Assembly: GCF_009914755.1 (NCBI RefSeq) | Contig: NC_060928.1 | Source of the DNA: the human T2T-CHM13v2.0 reference genome, Homo sapiens | Length of the DNA: 64,000 nt | Reading direction: 5' to 3' (one strand) | Shown here: one piece after another, positions 29,008-43,892 of the stretch | Layout of the letters: each line of letters starts with the position of its first letter | How positions within the stretch are numbered: the stretch's first letter is position 1 | The notes under the pieces: generated by a model | Database searches by the model: none | What the model was told of the DNA's origin: nothing | Seen by the model: the letters and a program-made list of their open reading frames with translations, nothing else | Made by a program: the position numbers and the translations under genes

Positions 29008-29289
29008 ACCCTAGTGCTGTGGCTCACGCCTGTAATCCCAGCACTTGGGGAGACCCAGGCCAGCAGATAACTTGAGGTCAGGAGTTTGAAACCAGCCTGG
29101 CCAACATGGCAAAAGCCCATCTCTACACAATACAAAATTTAGCCAGGTGTGGTGATGTCCACCTGTAATCCCAGTTACTTAGGAGGCTGAGCCAGGAGAA
29201 TTAATTGCTTGAACAAGGGAGGCAGAGATTGCAGTGAGCCAAGATCGTGTCACTGCACTCCTGAGAGATACTTTGTATCGAAAAGAAAA
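29008..29289 (+). mobile_element. AluS (Sx/Sz-like)
   Basis: Alu dimer with a small 3' deletion; perfect 16-bp TSD GAAAATATGTTAAGTA at 28992-29007 and 29290-29305. Confidence 0.95.
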
Positions 29290-30340
29290 GAAAATATGTT
29301 AAGTAGAACTATTCCTGAGTTCCATATATGGTTTCCTCTAGAAAGTTATAGGAAGTGTATAAAAATACTACACATTATCTTAATTAAAGCATGTAAGAGG
29401 CAATTACCTAAAATAATTATATATTAATTATATTGTCAAAAAAGATCTAGTATTCAATAGTAGAAGTAAACATGTTCAACTCATCATCTTTCTAGACATC
29501 TAAGACTATGTAAACAAGCATTAGTCTAGAGTTTACATACTAGATTGTTAGGTAATTTACAAAAATGCAAAAGAAAAAAAAGTAGTGTGTGATGTATTTC
29601 AAAAGTGAAAGTATTATACAGGTGATTTTATACTGTTCTAAAATAAGTGTCGGAAGAAACCAGACATGCCCAATATATATTATTACATAGTATTTTGTTA
29701 TTCAGATGATAGGAAAACTAGAAGATCCTGACAACTGTATAAAACTGAACATACCTGGAAACTTCAACAGCTTAGGAAATAGCATTTCCTTCCATAACAA
29801 ATGCCTTAGAAAAACGTATTTTCAGCTAACACATAAATTATGAAAGAATATTTCCATGGTGGAAAATGTGTAATAGAGAGAAACTTGTTTTAGTGAAGAT
29901 AATTTTATGGGTTTCTAAATCTAAGGCCATATTAATTCATTTCTGATTAAGTGGAAGGATCCAGTTAGATGCAATCTCAATACAACTGGGATTGAAGAAT
30001 TGAGCAGTCATAGTATATTTATTTATTCTTCATTCATTTTTATTTATCCTTGTAATTTTGGCACAATTAATTACACAATAATCATCATGACATCATGGAT
30101 AAATAATGATAGATACATATGTGGGGGCAGGTATTTATGTAAAAGTGCTTGTTTACTTTGAAGAATTACTGGTGGTTGAACCATAAAAAGATAATTTATC
30201 TAGTTCTCCAATGAGAAGTGTTAACTGAAAAATCACTTAGCTTTTTTTCATATGAAAGTTAAATCTTAAACCTATGGAGATGATCAGATATGCAAAGATA
30301 GAAGCACAGCATATTCCAATGTATTTCAAGAAAAGTTAAT

Positions 30341-30449
30341 TTTCTTTTTCTTTTTTTTTTTTTGAGACAGAGTTTTGCTCTTGTCACCCAGGCTGGAGTG
30401 CAATGGCATGATTTCAGCTCACTGCAACCTCTGCCTCCTGGGTTCAAGC
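30341..30449 (-). mobile_element. 5'-truncated Alu right-arm fragment (AluSp/Sq-like)
   Basis: Poly(T) plus gagacagagttttgctcttgtcacccaggctggagtgcaatggc...ctgggttcaagc. Confidence 0.9.
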
Positions 30450-31599
30450 ATCTTTGAAGTTTTTATTGTCTTTGAGTTATTTCCCTACTTACTAACAAAA
30501 AAGGTTCAAAACTGAATTATAAAATATTTGTAAGTAAAGTGGGTACAATACTAGCAAATTTCAAATTCTTTAGGATATTTGCTTCTCCACAAAACAAAGT
30601 ATACTGTCTAAAGATTGGAAGTGAAGTACAGGTTGATTACACGTGGAACTTTTAGAGGGTTTACGTGAAAGCAAACAAACACACTAGACTCGCTGGTGTC
30701 TCAATGAGGATTTTGAAATACAAACTCAGATTATATCACCTCTTTTTTATATAGACCATGAGTCAGTTTGAGGAGCAGTGCAAATAGATTTATTTTGACC
30801 TGAGAAAGGACTTTTAAATAATATTTGGTATAAAATATTCATTAGAATCAGAAAAATCATGCTCTAAAATCTAGATATTAAGTGATATATTATCAGATGA
30901 ATGCTAAATCTATCTAAAAATCATTTATAAAGATCAGACATTAGAGGCAGTCAGTTTAAAACACTATATTTCTAGATTCTAAAAATTAGAATACAAGTTA
31001 CAAACACCTCATATCCTCTCTTGTGGAACAATTCTATATATGATTCAACAACATATGCCAAATGATTGACCCTTTAGCTGCCTGTGTTCACCTGTGCCAT
31101 TCCCACCATGTCTTCTCATGAAAAGGGTATACTCTGAGTTGAGAAATAAACCAGGTAAGCTGATTATAAATCGGTATTTCATAACAAAAGAGTAAACGTC
31201 CTTCAAAACCACAAATACAAAATTCCAAACCTCCGCTACACCACTTACTAGCTTTGTATCTACTTTTTAAGGTAGTGTAAGTGTCTTCTATAAAATACTT
31301 GACATATAGGGAGTGTGTGTTCAATGGAGGCAATGATTTTTCTTTGGGGGTTTTCTTGCTTCCCACAATTTATTCTCAAAGCCCTTTGGTACCTGCTTCT
31401 GGCACCAGATCTGAAAGGTGAATAGGTTAGTTAAAATTCTCTGACACTTTGGACTGTTTTAATAAGAACTCTTTCTACACAAAATTCTCAGTACTACTAA
31501 AGAAAATGACAGAAATGAATTATTTTGATAAGCCATTGCTAGTACCCTATGATTCTCTACTATACCTGCATAAAATAACAAATTTTGGAGTTTGAAACA

Positions 31600-32365
31600 C
31601 AATCACATTCACAACCATTGGGATAAATTTTAATTTAAAATAATAATAATGTTGACAAGGATGAGGAAAAATTGGAACCCTGTGGATTGCTGGTGAGAAT
31701 ATAAAAGCATGCAGTTGCTGTCGAGAACAATATGGTTGTTTCCCAAATAAATACGATTACCATATGATCCAGCAATTCCATTTCCAGGTATATAACCAAG
31801 AGAACTGAAAGCAGAGACCCAAACATATTTAGACACACACATTCATAGAAGCACTATTCACAATAGCCAAAAGGTGGATGTAACATAAGTGTCTATGGAT
31901 AGATGAACAGAGAAACAAAATGTGGGATATACATACAATAAAATATTACTCAGCCTTAAAAACTGGGAAATTCTGACACATGCTACAACATGGCTGAGCC
32001 TTGAAGACATTACACTAAGTGAAATAAGTGAACCACAAAAGGACAAAGATTGTATGATTCCACTTATAGGAGATGTCTGGAAAAGTCAAATTCAAAGAAA
32101 CAGAAAGCACAATTGGGGTTGCCAAGTGCTGAGGGGAAGAGAGAAAGGAGAGTTATTGTCTAATGCATGTATAGCTTCAGTTCATACCCAATAAACTGAA
32201 GATAGTCATTAATGGGAAGATGAAAAGAGTCCTGGAGATGGATAATAACAATGATTGCAAAACGATATGAATGTACCTAATGCCCCTGAACTATATTCCT
32301 AAAAATGGTTAAAATGGTAAATTTTATCTTATATATATTTTACTGTAATTTTTTAAAAAGTAAAA
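31600..32365 (+). mobile_element. L1MB-type 3' fragment
   Basis: ORF2 C-terminal remnant (EILTHATTWLSLEDITLSEISEPQKDKDCMIPL); 3' UTR aaaaatggttaaaatggtaaatttt. Confidence 0.85.
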
Positions 32366-32404
32366 TAATAAACAAAAAGCCTAAGCACACACACCAAAGT
32401 GCCC

Positions 32405-32470
32405 AGATTAATTAAATCAAAACATTCAGGGATCAAGAGATCAATTGAATCAAAACATTCAGGGATCAAG
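32405..32470. repeat. 33-bp tandem duplication (2 copies) inside a MER5-like hAT fragment (~32385-32545)
   Basis: agattaattaaatcaaaacattcagggatcaag / agatcaattgaatcaaaacattcagggatcaag; downstream gcacagcaaggactgagaatcact resembles a MER5 terminus. Confidence 0.8.
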
Positions 32471-32664
32471 CCTAGACAACTATACTTTTTAAATGAGTGT
32501 GAAGTAATTCTCCTGCACAGCAAGGACTGAGAATCACTTCTCTAGCCAGCAGAGGCCTCCTGGTAAAAGTATGACTTTCTATGTATGTCCAGAGTTTTTT
32601 CAATCTTAATAATTCTTCTTGTTGTGTTAGATTAACAAGGCTTCAGATTATAATATTGTTTCTT

Positions 32665-33114
32665 TCTTTGTTTTTTCCAAGACAAACTGTATCCAGCTTT
32701 ATTAAAGATACTTTCCATAAACAATCATGCTATTTCAGGAAGGACATGGGCAGACAATCATTAGCAGTATACAACAACTTTCAAACTCCCTTCTTCAATG
32801 GACTAGCAAAACACAGAAAACCACTGTAAAACCCAATGAAGTCTTCATCTGATGCTCTGAACAGGGAAAGTTTAGAGTGAGGGTTGACATTTCACACTTA
32901 GCATGTTGTTTAACAACTTTTCACAAGCCGACCCTGACTTTGACCTGACCCCCAATCATTGGTTATCAGGGTGTCAGGCAATCTGGACTTTGCAGTGATG
33001 CCACTGAGGTGGCGCCTGTCAAAAGAGCAGTGGTTCCATTTCTAGATTGTGTGTCTTCAGTTAAATTCTGCCATTGTCATTTCACTTCCTGAAAGTCAGG
33101 GTCGGCTTGTGAAG
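32665..33114 (-). pseudogene. Processed, 3'-UTR-only retrocopy with twin-priming inversion (parent recalled as the HNRNPA1 distal 3' UTR; unverified)
   Basis: T-rich tail 32665-32676; minus-strand AATAAA at 32698-32703; 13-bp TSD AATATTGTTTCTT (32652-32664, 33115-33127); segment 32942-33113 inverted, with a 22-bp inverted duplicate (32920-32941 vs 33092-33113). Confidence 0.85.
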
Positions 33115-34646
33115 AATATTGTTTCTTAAATCACTGAACACCTTCTAAATTAATTTGATTAACTTCCTGCTCTATATATTTGATTACAATTTAATAACAT
33201 ATAAGGAAACGGAAAATAGATATAATTTGCCTTCTTGCACACCTATGTAGGCTAATGTGATATGAAGTAAATCAAGCATTATATAGTAATCTTGATTTTA
33301 CCTTATGAATTAAAAACACAGACCTTTACACAGTATTTATTATTTTATGGAACATGTACCTTCATTTGGTATAGAACAAAACAATCAAAGATTTTTGGTG
33401 CTATATTTTATGGGCTATGGTGTAAAACAAATAAAACACCATCATTGTATAAAGAAGTAAGAATTGGATAATGAAATAAATTTCTCATTTAGAAGCCCTA
33501 TGTAGTTCTTAGGTAATAAATCTGACATAGAATAAATGAGCATTTACTGTTGGTTTCTAGCTTGAATATAATTTCTTAGCAGGTTTTCCTCAGGGATACA
33601 AAGGACTTCTATGATCTAAGGTAGCCAATATGGATGATACAACCAATGTAGGATATATACATTGATAAGATTATTAGAAGTTGAATGTCTAAACAGGGAA
33701 CTTGTCCAAAAATATTCAAAACTCCTAAATCAATTCATGTGAATTAATCAAATAAAGGCTCAGAATTTACATTTCTAAATGACTGAAATCACTTTCAGAA
33801 AATACTGTAATCATGTAATCATCCTTGCATGTTCCCTCCACTGAATTTCAATACTGGGAACACCAATTTTTCCACTAGAAAAATGCCAAAAGTCCCTAAG
33901 CTCTTAAACAAAGCAGCATTATGATACCACCATGCCCCTATTGTGAAGCATGGATCAGACCTTTCTATTGTTTCAGAATACTGTCAATAAATGTCATCTG
34001 AAAGCATAAAAAATAAATGATACTCATGTAAATAAGTAAAAATTAAAGGCATCTGGGAGACAGCCAATATTGATATTGTCTAATCTACATAAACTATTCC
34101 TTAAGAAGTGTAATAATAGTGCATTTTAAGAAGAGGAAGCTAAGTTAGGAGTGCATTTCCTCAAACACTAGTCTTTTTCAGTTTCGGAAATAATTACACC
34201 CATAATACTATGAACAGCTCTGTTCACTGAAGCGAATAAAAGCTCCAGATGAAATCTTAACAGCTTTTCCTTTGTAGCCAAATACTGATTGCAAAAGGAC
34301 ATATCAGGCTGTGAATGTTATTATATGTGAGACGTTTTGCAAATGGATGGAAAAAATGATGGGAATCAGATAAAGCTCTAAGAAATGATCCTGAAGCAAT
34401 AAATACAATGGATAAGTATATGGCTAAACACATGACTGCCCTTCCAAAGAGCTGGTTTTTGTTTTTTTTTCTCAAAACTGCCCCTCCCCAGACCCTCTAA
34501 TTCTTGCCAGAATGCTTCCTCTAGTTATAAGTTTAGCTGCCGTGTATCTGTCTCTCATGGCTAGATTATCTGAGCTGCTTGAGTTTAGAAATGGTTTCCT
34601 CACATACCTCCTCTTTGGGAACTTTCATTGAATTATCTGCAATCTT

Positions 34647-34980
<334 letters not shown>

Positions 34981-36552
34981 CTAATGAACCAGTAGATGTT
35001 AGGCTGCCCTTCCTGAGAGGCTCTGATTTAAGAAGAAAGCACACAATGAAACCACTGAGAAAAGACAGAAGGATGCTGATCTAAGCCACAGCTACACTTC
35101 TTGCCCCTAATTCAACATCCCCAAAAACGTGGAGGAGCAGGAGAAACACATCAAAAAATGAAACGGGTTCGTTCTTATATCTCTGGATCTCTGTATATTG
35201 ATCTTCTTCATTTTTAATTTATTCATAATAATTTACTGCCATGGTAGAGAACAAGTAGGGACGCTCCAAGTTCCTTTGGATAGCAAAGTTAGGAAAACCT
35301 AGAAAGCATATTTTCCTTCTAAATCTTTCACCTTAGGACACCTAGAGATTTATGATATTTATCGTGTGCTGGAGAAAATAACACTTAAATAAAAGGTGAT
35401 CCTTGTAGATAGGGTACCTCAGTTCAAGCAGATTCTCTGAGCAACTGTCAAGATTCACTGCTAGGAACTTTACTGATGTATCCGTTACACACCAATATCA
35501 ATTTATGACCACAAACAAGGCAGATTTAACACAGTGAATGGAAAGATGTGAATATTTATTTTTGAAAGCTACAGCATATTCATCTAAAGCATTGATTAAT
35601 TGTTTAAAATCTTTATCATGCTACCACCTAGGTTCACACATGCATTTTCCCTTCAGTTTATTTATCATAGTAAATGTAGCAAACCATATACATTTTATGC
35701 CTTATTCAAGATGTATGTCCTCATCAAAACAATTTTTCAGGTAATTTCTGTCATGTCAACTCATGATTAACTGCACTAATGAAGAGAAGTAATATCACAG
35801 AAAAATCAGTGTGGAGATGCCCAGACCAATATATTGTTGGTATTGGCATGCTTTAGCTCATTTTGCAGCAGATTACCATCATCAAAATAGTTTTTACTTA
35901 AGCTCATTTGAAAACATTTTATTTCCCCAAAACTCTTACTGTTTTAGTGGTAAAACATAAAGAAACTGGAAAAATGATTGATTAAAAGAAACTTAAATGA
36001 GATGAAAAATATGTCATAGTTAAACCAAAAGGTAGATCAGGTGTACACGAACAATTAGTTGATTTTATCTAGAAGCAAATTTGCAAGTGTAAATGTGTCT
36101 GTCCAAGTGAAAATATGTAATCGATATGTTTATGTATGTATGTATGTATTGGTATGCATATATAGAAAGGAGTTTTGTGCTGAGAATTTACACCATTCAT
36201 ATTATAAAATATTGATTAACATTTTCATTGGTGATACCTTAATTTCTGCATGCTTTATGGTGCATTCTATGGAAATTGAAGTAAAAGATAACTTTAAATG
36301 GATATATTAATAGTTAAAACAATATAAATATCAGTATAAAAATATAATGACAATGTAAGTTTTTCTTCACTTTTTTTAGAAAACATGCAAACCTCTTATA
36401 AATGAAAAAGGGGAAAATCAACTTATAGTGATCTAATATGGATGTCCATAATTCAGTGAAAAATATGGTAAATTAAAAACTAAAAATGCTCACAAAAAGT
36501 CTTTTAAATGATTTTAAGTTCAATACATTAATAAGCTTTTGAAAATAATACT

Positions 36553-37570
36553 AGAGAGGGGAGCCAAGATGGCCAAATAGGAACAGCTCCGGTCTACAGC
36601 TCCCAGCGTGAGCAACGCAGAAGATGGGTGATTTCTGCATTTCCATCTGAGGTACTGGGTTCATCTCACTAGGGAGTGCCAGACAGTGGGCGCAGGACAG
36701 TGGGTGCAGCACACCGTGCGCGAGCCAAAGCAGGGTGAGGCATTGCCTCACATGGGAAGCCCAAGGGGTCAGGGAGTTCCCTTTCCTAGTCAAAGAAAGG
36801 GGTGACAGACAGCACCTGGAAAATCGGGTCACTCTCACCTGAATACTGCGCTTTTCCAACGGGCTTAAAATACGGTGCACCAGGAGATTATATCCCGCAC
36901 CTGGCTCAGAGGGTCCTACGCCCACGGAGTCTCACTGATTGCTAGCACAGCAGTCTGAGATCAAACTGCAAGGCTGCAGCGAGGCTGGGGGAGGGAGCCC
37001 GCCATTGCCCAGGCTTGCTTAGATAAACAAAGCAGCCAGGAAGCTTGAACTGGGTGGAGCCCACCACAGCTCAAGGAGGCCTGCCTGCCTCTGTAGGCTC
37101 CACCTCTGGGGGCAGGGCACAGACAAACAAAAAGACAGCACTAACCTCTGCAGACTTAAATGTCCCTGTCTGACAGCTTTGAAGAGAGCAGTGGTTCTCC
37201 CAGCACGAAGCTGGAGATCTGAGAACGGGCAGACTGCCTCCTGAAGTGGGTCCCTGACAGCAGACCCCCAAGCAGCCAAACTGGGAGGCACCCCCCAGTA
37301 GGGGCAGACTGACACCTCACATGGACAGATACTCCTCTGAGACAAAACTTCCAGAGGAACGATCAGACAGCAGCATTCGCGGTTCACAAAAATCCGCTGT
37401 TCTGCAGCCACCGCTGCTGGTACCCAGGCAAACGGGGTCTGGAGTGGACCTCTAGCAAACTCCAACAGATCTGCAGCTGAGGGTCCTGCCTGTTAGAAGG
37501 AAAACTAACAAACAGAAACCCATCTGTACATCACCATCATCAAAGACCAAAAGTAGATAAAACCACAAAG
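36553..37570 (+). promoter_or_regulatory. L1 5' UTR: internal sense promoter and antisense promoter
   Basis: YY1 site CAAGATGGCC at 36565-36574; residual CpGs; antisense splice-donor GTs at 36899-36900 and 36814-36815. Confidence 0.85.
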
Positions 37571-38587
37571 ATGGGGAAAAAACAGAGCAGAAAAACTGGA
37601 AACACTAAAAAGCAGAGTGCCTCTTCTCCTCCAAAGGAACGCAGCTCCTCACCAGCAATGGAACAAAGCTGGATGGAGAATGACTTTGACGAGCTGAGAG
37701 AAGAAGGCTTCAGACGATCAAACTACTCTGAGCTATGGGAGGACATTCAAACCAAAGGCAAAGAAGTTGAAAACTTTGAAAAAAATTTAGATGAATGTAT
37801 AACTAGAATAACCAATACAGAGAAGTACTTAAAGGAGCTGATGGAGCTGAAAGCCAAGGCTCGAGAACTACGTGAAGAATGCAGAAGCCTCAGGAGCCAA
37901 TGCGATCAACTGGAAGAAAGGGTATCAGTGATGGAAGATGAAATGAATGAAATGAAGCGAGAAGGGAAGTTTAGAGAAAAAAGAATAAAAAGAAACGAAC
38001 AAAGCCTCCAAGAAATACGGGACTATGTGAAAAGACCAAATCTACGCCTGATTGCTGTACCTAAAAGTGATGGGGAGAATAGAACCAAGTTGGAAAACAC
38101 TCTGCAGGATATTATCCAGGAGAACTTCCCCAATCTAGCAAGGCAGGCCAACATTCAGATTCAGGAAATACAGAGAACACCACAAAGATACTCCTCGAGA
38201 AGAGCAACTCCAAGTCACATAATTGTCAGGTTCACCAAAGTTGAAATGAAGGAAAAAATGTTAAGGGCATCCAGAGAGAAAGGTCAGGTTACCCACAAAG
38301 GGAAGCCCATCAGACTAACAGCGGATCTCTCGGCAGAAACTCTACAAGCCAGAAGAGAGTGGGGGCCAATATTCAACATTCTTAAAGAAAAGAATTTTCA
38401 ACCCAGGATTTCATATCCAGCCAAACTAAGCTTCATAAGTGAAGGAGAAATAAAATACTTTACAGACAAGCAAATGCTCAGCGATTTTGTCACCACCAGG
38501 CCTGCCCTAAAAGAGCTCCTCAAGGAAGCACTAAACATGGAAAGGAACAACTGGTACCAGCCACTGCAAAATCATGCCAAATTGTAA
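37571..38587 (+). CDS. L1 ORF1p, intact 338 aa
   Basis: Uninterrupted ORF MGKKQSRK...QNHAKL; REKG, ARR and YPAKLS motifs retained. Confidence 0.95.
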   Translation: MGKKQSRKTGNTKKQSASSPPKERSSSPAMEQSWMENDFDELREEGFRRSNYSELWEDIQTKGKEVENFEKNLDECITRITNTEKYLKELMELKAKARELREECRSLRSQCDQLEERVSVMEDEMNEMKREGKFREKRIKRNEQSLQEIRDYVKRPNLRLIAVPKSDGENRTKLENTLQDIIQENFPNLARQANIQIQEIQRTPQRYSSRRATPSHIIVRFTKVEMKEKMLRASREKGQVTHKGKPIRLTADLSAETLQARREWGPIFNILKEKNFQPRISYPAKLSFISEGEIKYFTDKQMLSDFVTTRPALKELLKEALNMERNNWYQPLQNHAKL

Positions 38588-38650
38588 AGACCATCGAGGC
38601 TAGGAAGAAACTGCATCAACTAACGAGCAAAATAACCAGCTAACTTCATA

Positions 38651-41189
<2,539 letters not shown>

Positions 41190-41412
41190 ACAATGCGAAC
41201 ACATGGACACAGGAAGGGGAACATCTCACTCTGGGACTGTTGTGGGGTGGGGGGAGTGGGGAGGGATAGCTTTAGGAGATATACCTAATGCTAAATGACG
41301 AGTTAATGGGTGCAGCACACCAGCATGGCACATGTATACATATGTAACTAACCTGCACATTGTGTACACGTACCCTAAAACTTAAAGTATAATAATAATA
41401 AAATAAAAAAAG

Positions 41413-41565
41413 AAAGAAAATGAAGGACTTGAACACAATGGAGTACTATTCAGCCATAAAAAGAATGATATCCTGTCATTTGCAACATGGATGGAACTGG
41501 AGGTCATTATGTTAAGTAAAATAAACCAGGCACAGAAAAAAAAAAAAGAAAAAACAAACAAAAAA
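41413..41565 (+). other. L1 3'-transduced flank (old L1MA-like fragment) with second poly(A) tail
   Basis: Lies between the L1 A-tail and the right TSD; AATAAA at 41520-41525, A-tail starts at 41536. Confidence 0.85.
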
Positions 41566-41989
41566 GAAAATAATACTTGAAGGAAGAGTCTGTCACCAAG
41601 AAAAGCAAGAAACATACTAGAAATGAACATATCTCATGTCTTTTCTATGTAGATGATGGACACTATTTAGATGGAAATAGGATTATTTTGCTCACTCCTC
41701 AGTGTGGTCTACAACTAGGTTGGTCAATTTGACTCAAAGCGAAAAACAAATACACATATCTCAATCTAATTTTTGTTCGATTTTTATTTTTTTGATACAA
41801 AACTTTCTTACATGTTTATCAACTATATATGTTCAAGAAATCAAAACTTGAGATCAGATAGTCTAAAAAATACTGTTTTAACATATAGAAATAAAGCTTT
41901 GTTCAAGTAAATGTGCATTTTTAAAGCATAAACTTCAAAATATCATCGGGATGCCATTATTTCTTGATAGTGTTATCATATGAGTGGTA

Positions 41990-42224
41990 ATATTGCATAG
42001 CAGTTAGGAAACAGGTTTGGGGGTTCAGACTGACTGAATGTAAATCTCCACTCTGCCACACTGTGGGAATATAACCTGAGCAGGAGCTTAACTAACTGCT
42101 TTCAATATCTTAACTTCTTCATCTACCTTGCAGGGTCATAACAACTAAATTAAGTAATATATATCAAACACTTGGAGTAGTGACTCAAAATAGGACATTC
42201 TTCATAAACATTAGCTATTATCAT
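41990..42224 (+). mobile_element. MIR
   Basis: gttcagactgactgaatgtaaatctccactctgccac..acctgagcagg..cataaacattagctattatc. Confidence 0.65.
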
Positions 42225-43733
42225 GTCATAAGCTTATCCCTGTCTGATAAACATAATATTTTTAAGTTAGTAGGTTAAAAACCTCTCTTAATATTAAAGC
42301 AAATCAATCTTGTATCATTAATTGTTTGGAAGACTCTCAAATAGCATTCTTTTTTTTATGAGAGATAAATTGCAATTCAACACATTGTCATGCACACATA
42401 AAGGAAAATAAAAACATCTTTATTATAACTGGATGCACCAAGTATGACAAATTCCATAGCTAACACCCATTTTACAAGGTTTGTGATTCTATCATAAAAA
42501 TTCATTTCCCAAGAAAGCCAGTAAATAACATCTCTGTCTGCATGTCATTATTTTTTTATTGCCTGTGTTTTAGAGCATTGGCTTGACTTATTAGTAACAA
42601 ATTCAAAATTAATTCTTTTAGAATTTTAAAATGCTGATCTCACAAACAAACACTGGATAATAGTGAAATCAAATGAAATATATAAGAAAAAAGTTGTTTT
42701 AAGAAGATATTAGATTTGAATGACTGTTTCAGACTCCATGTTAATACCAATGTTGATGATGGTCTATGTCTAGGTCCACACAGGTGGTTTCTCACTCATA
42801 CAGCTTGGTTGTTGTAGCAGTCACCCCAAATATTAAGTAAAAATCTGGTAACATAGCAAAATACTCTGAGCTCCTTTAAATAACATATTGTGTCTTCATC
42901 ATCTAATCACTTACTAAACACTCTTACAAAAACTTCTATTTTTAAGTCTGACTACTTCACAAAGTATTATCTTTTGCACGGTTACTATATACTCTATGTA
43001 AAGAAGAAATTTTTTTTCTACTTTGCAGAGACTACAGAAAGTTACAAAAAGAAACTTTAAAAGTAAGATACTTTTTAAATGTGAACTTTAGTAAACAAAT
43101 CTCTTTAGTCATTTATGTAACTATGATTGCTTGGGGCTTGATGTGTCCATTCTCATTGCACATGTAGAAGTATTTTCATTTTCATCCCTATTTCTTGTTT
43201 TCCTTTTAAAGGTAAGTTAATCAGAATTGCAAACTGTTTGAAAGGAGGTGGGGAAGCCCTAATTTTGTATAACACGTTTCCTTTTGGGGCTTGTTAAGAC
43301 CCCAGCTGAGTCTAATTACTAATTTACTAGTCTTAAAGGAAACCTTTTATTAATTGGAAAAGAGGCAAAAAAAGCCATTTGTTTTAAAAGTTTGTACAAA
43401 TAAATCTATTGCCCAGTGAATGTACTTGAAAACTGGATGAAGTGACTTGTATCTACTGATAAAAATAAACCTGGTAAGGTTCAGAAGCCCAAATCAGTCA
43501 TCTAAAACATGTATCTAAAAATAAAAGACATCCTGACATAATCATGATAACTAATTAGCTTACTTCTAAAAATATTATGCTGAAATGTAAGTAATTATTG
43601 CACAAATTTTTCCATTCATGTAAGCTCTTCTATTTAGTATTTTCAAGCCTAACCAGACAGTAAATATCATTTCTAAAAGTACAATGATTATGAACATGTA
43701 AAGGTTTTTATTTTAAAATAGTTAGATTCTTAC

Positions 43734-43779
43734 CCTGATCGAAGGGTTTTCCTGGACTCCAAGTGCGGAAATAATCATC
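43734..43779 (-). CDS. SPOCK3: Testican-3 coding exon (46 bp, phase 0 to 1): DDYFRTWSPGKPFDQ(A)
   Basis: Minus strand: polypyrimidine tract ttattttcccccttAG|GAT GAT TAT TTC CGC ACT TGG AGT CCA GGA AAA CCC TTC GAT CAG G|GTaaga; peptide recognised from testican-3 (..KFRDEVEDDYFRTWSPGKPFDQALDP..). Confidence 0.95.
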
Positions 43780-43883
43780 CTAAGGGGGAAAATAATGTGA
43801 ATTGAGTGTATACAAGTAATTAAAACGCAAGGGTTCATATAAAATCTAAAATTAAATATGAAACACAGAAGCTGTATACAAAC

Positions 43884-43892
43884 CTCTACTTC
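43884..43892 (-). CDS. SPOCK3: 9-nt microexon encoding EVE
   Basis: tttgctgcttgccattgcAG|GAA GTA GAG|GTttgt; encodes exactly the EVE preceding DDYF in testican-3; long upstream U-rich tract. Confidence 0.88.

Noticed and set aside
33000-33017. Second CTCF-like motif (gccactgaggtggcgcc) in the retrocopy
   Set aside because: Only the 3' half matches; the 5' half has four mismatches when aligned without a gap.
36551-36925. 124-aa antisense ORF in the L1 5' UTR as a functional ORF0
   Set aside because: It starts at GTG; the genuine ORF0 ATG at 37003-37005 is out of frame and terminates after 14 codons.
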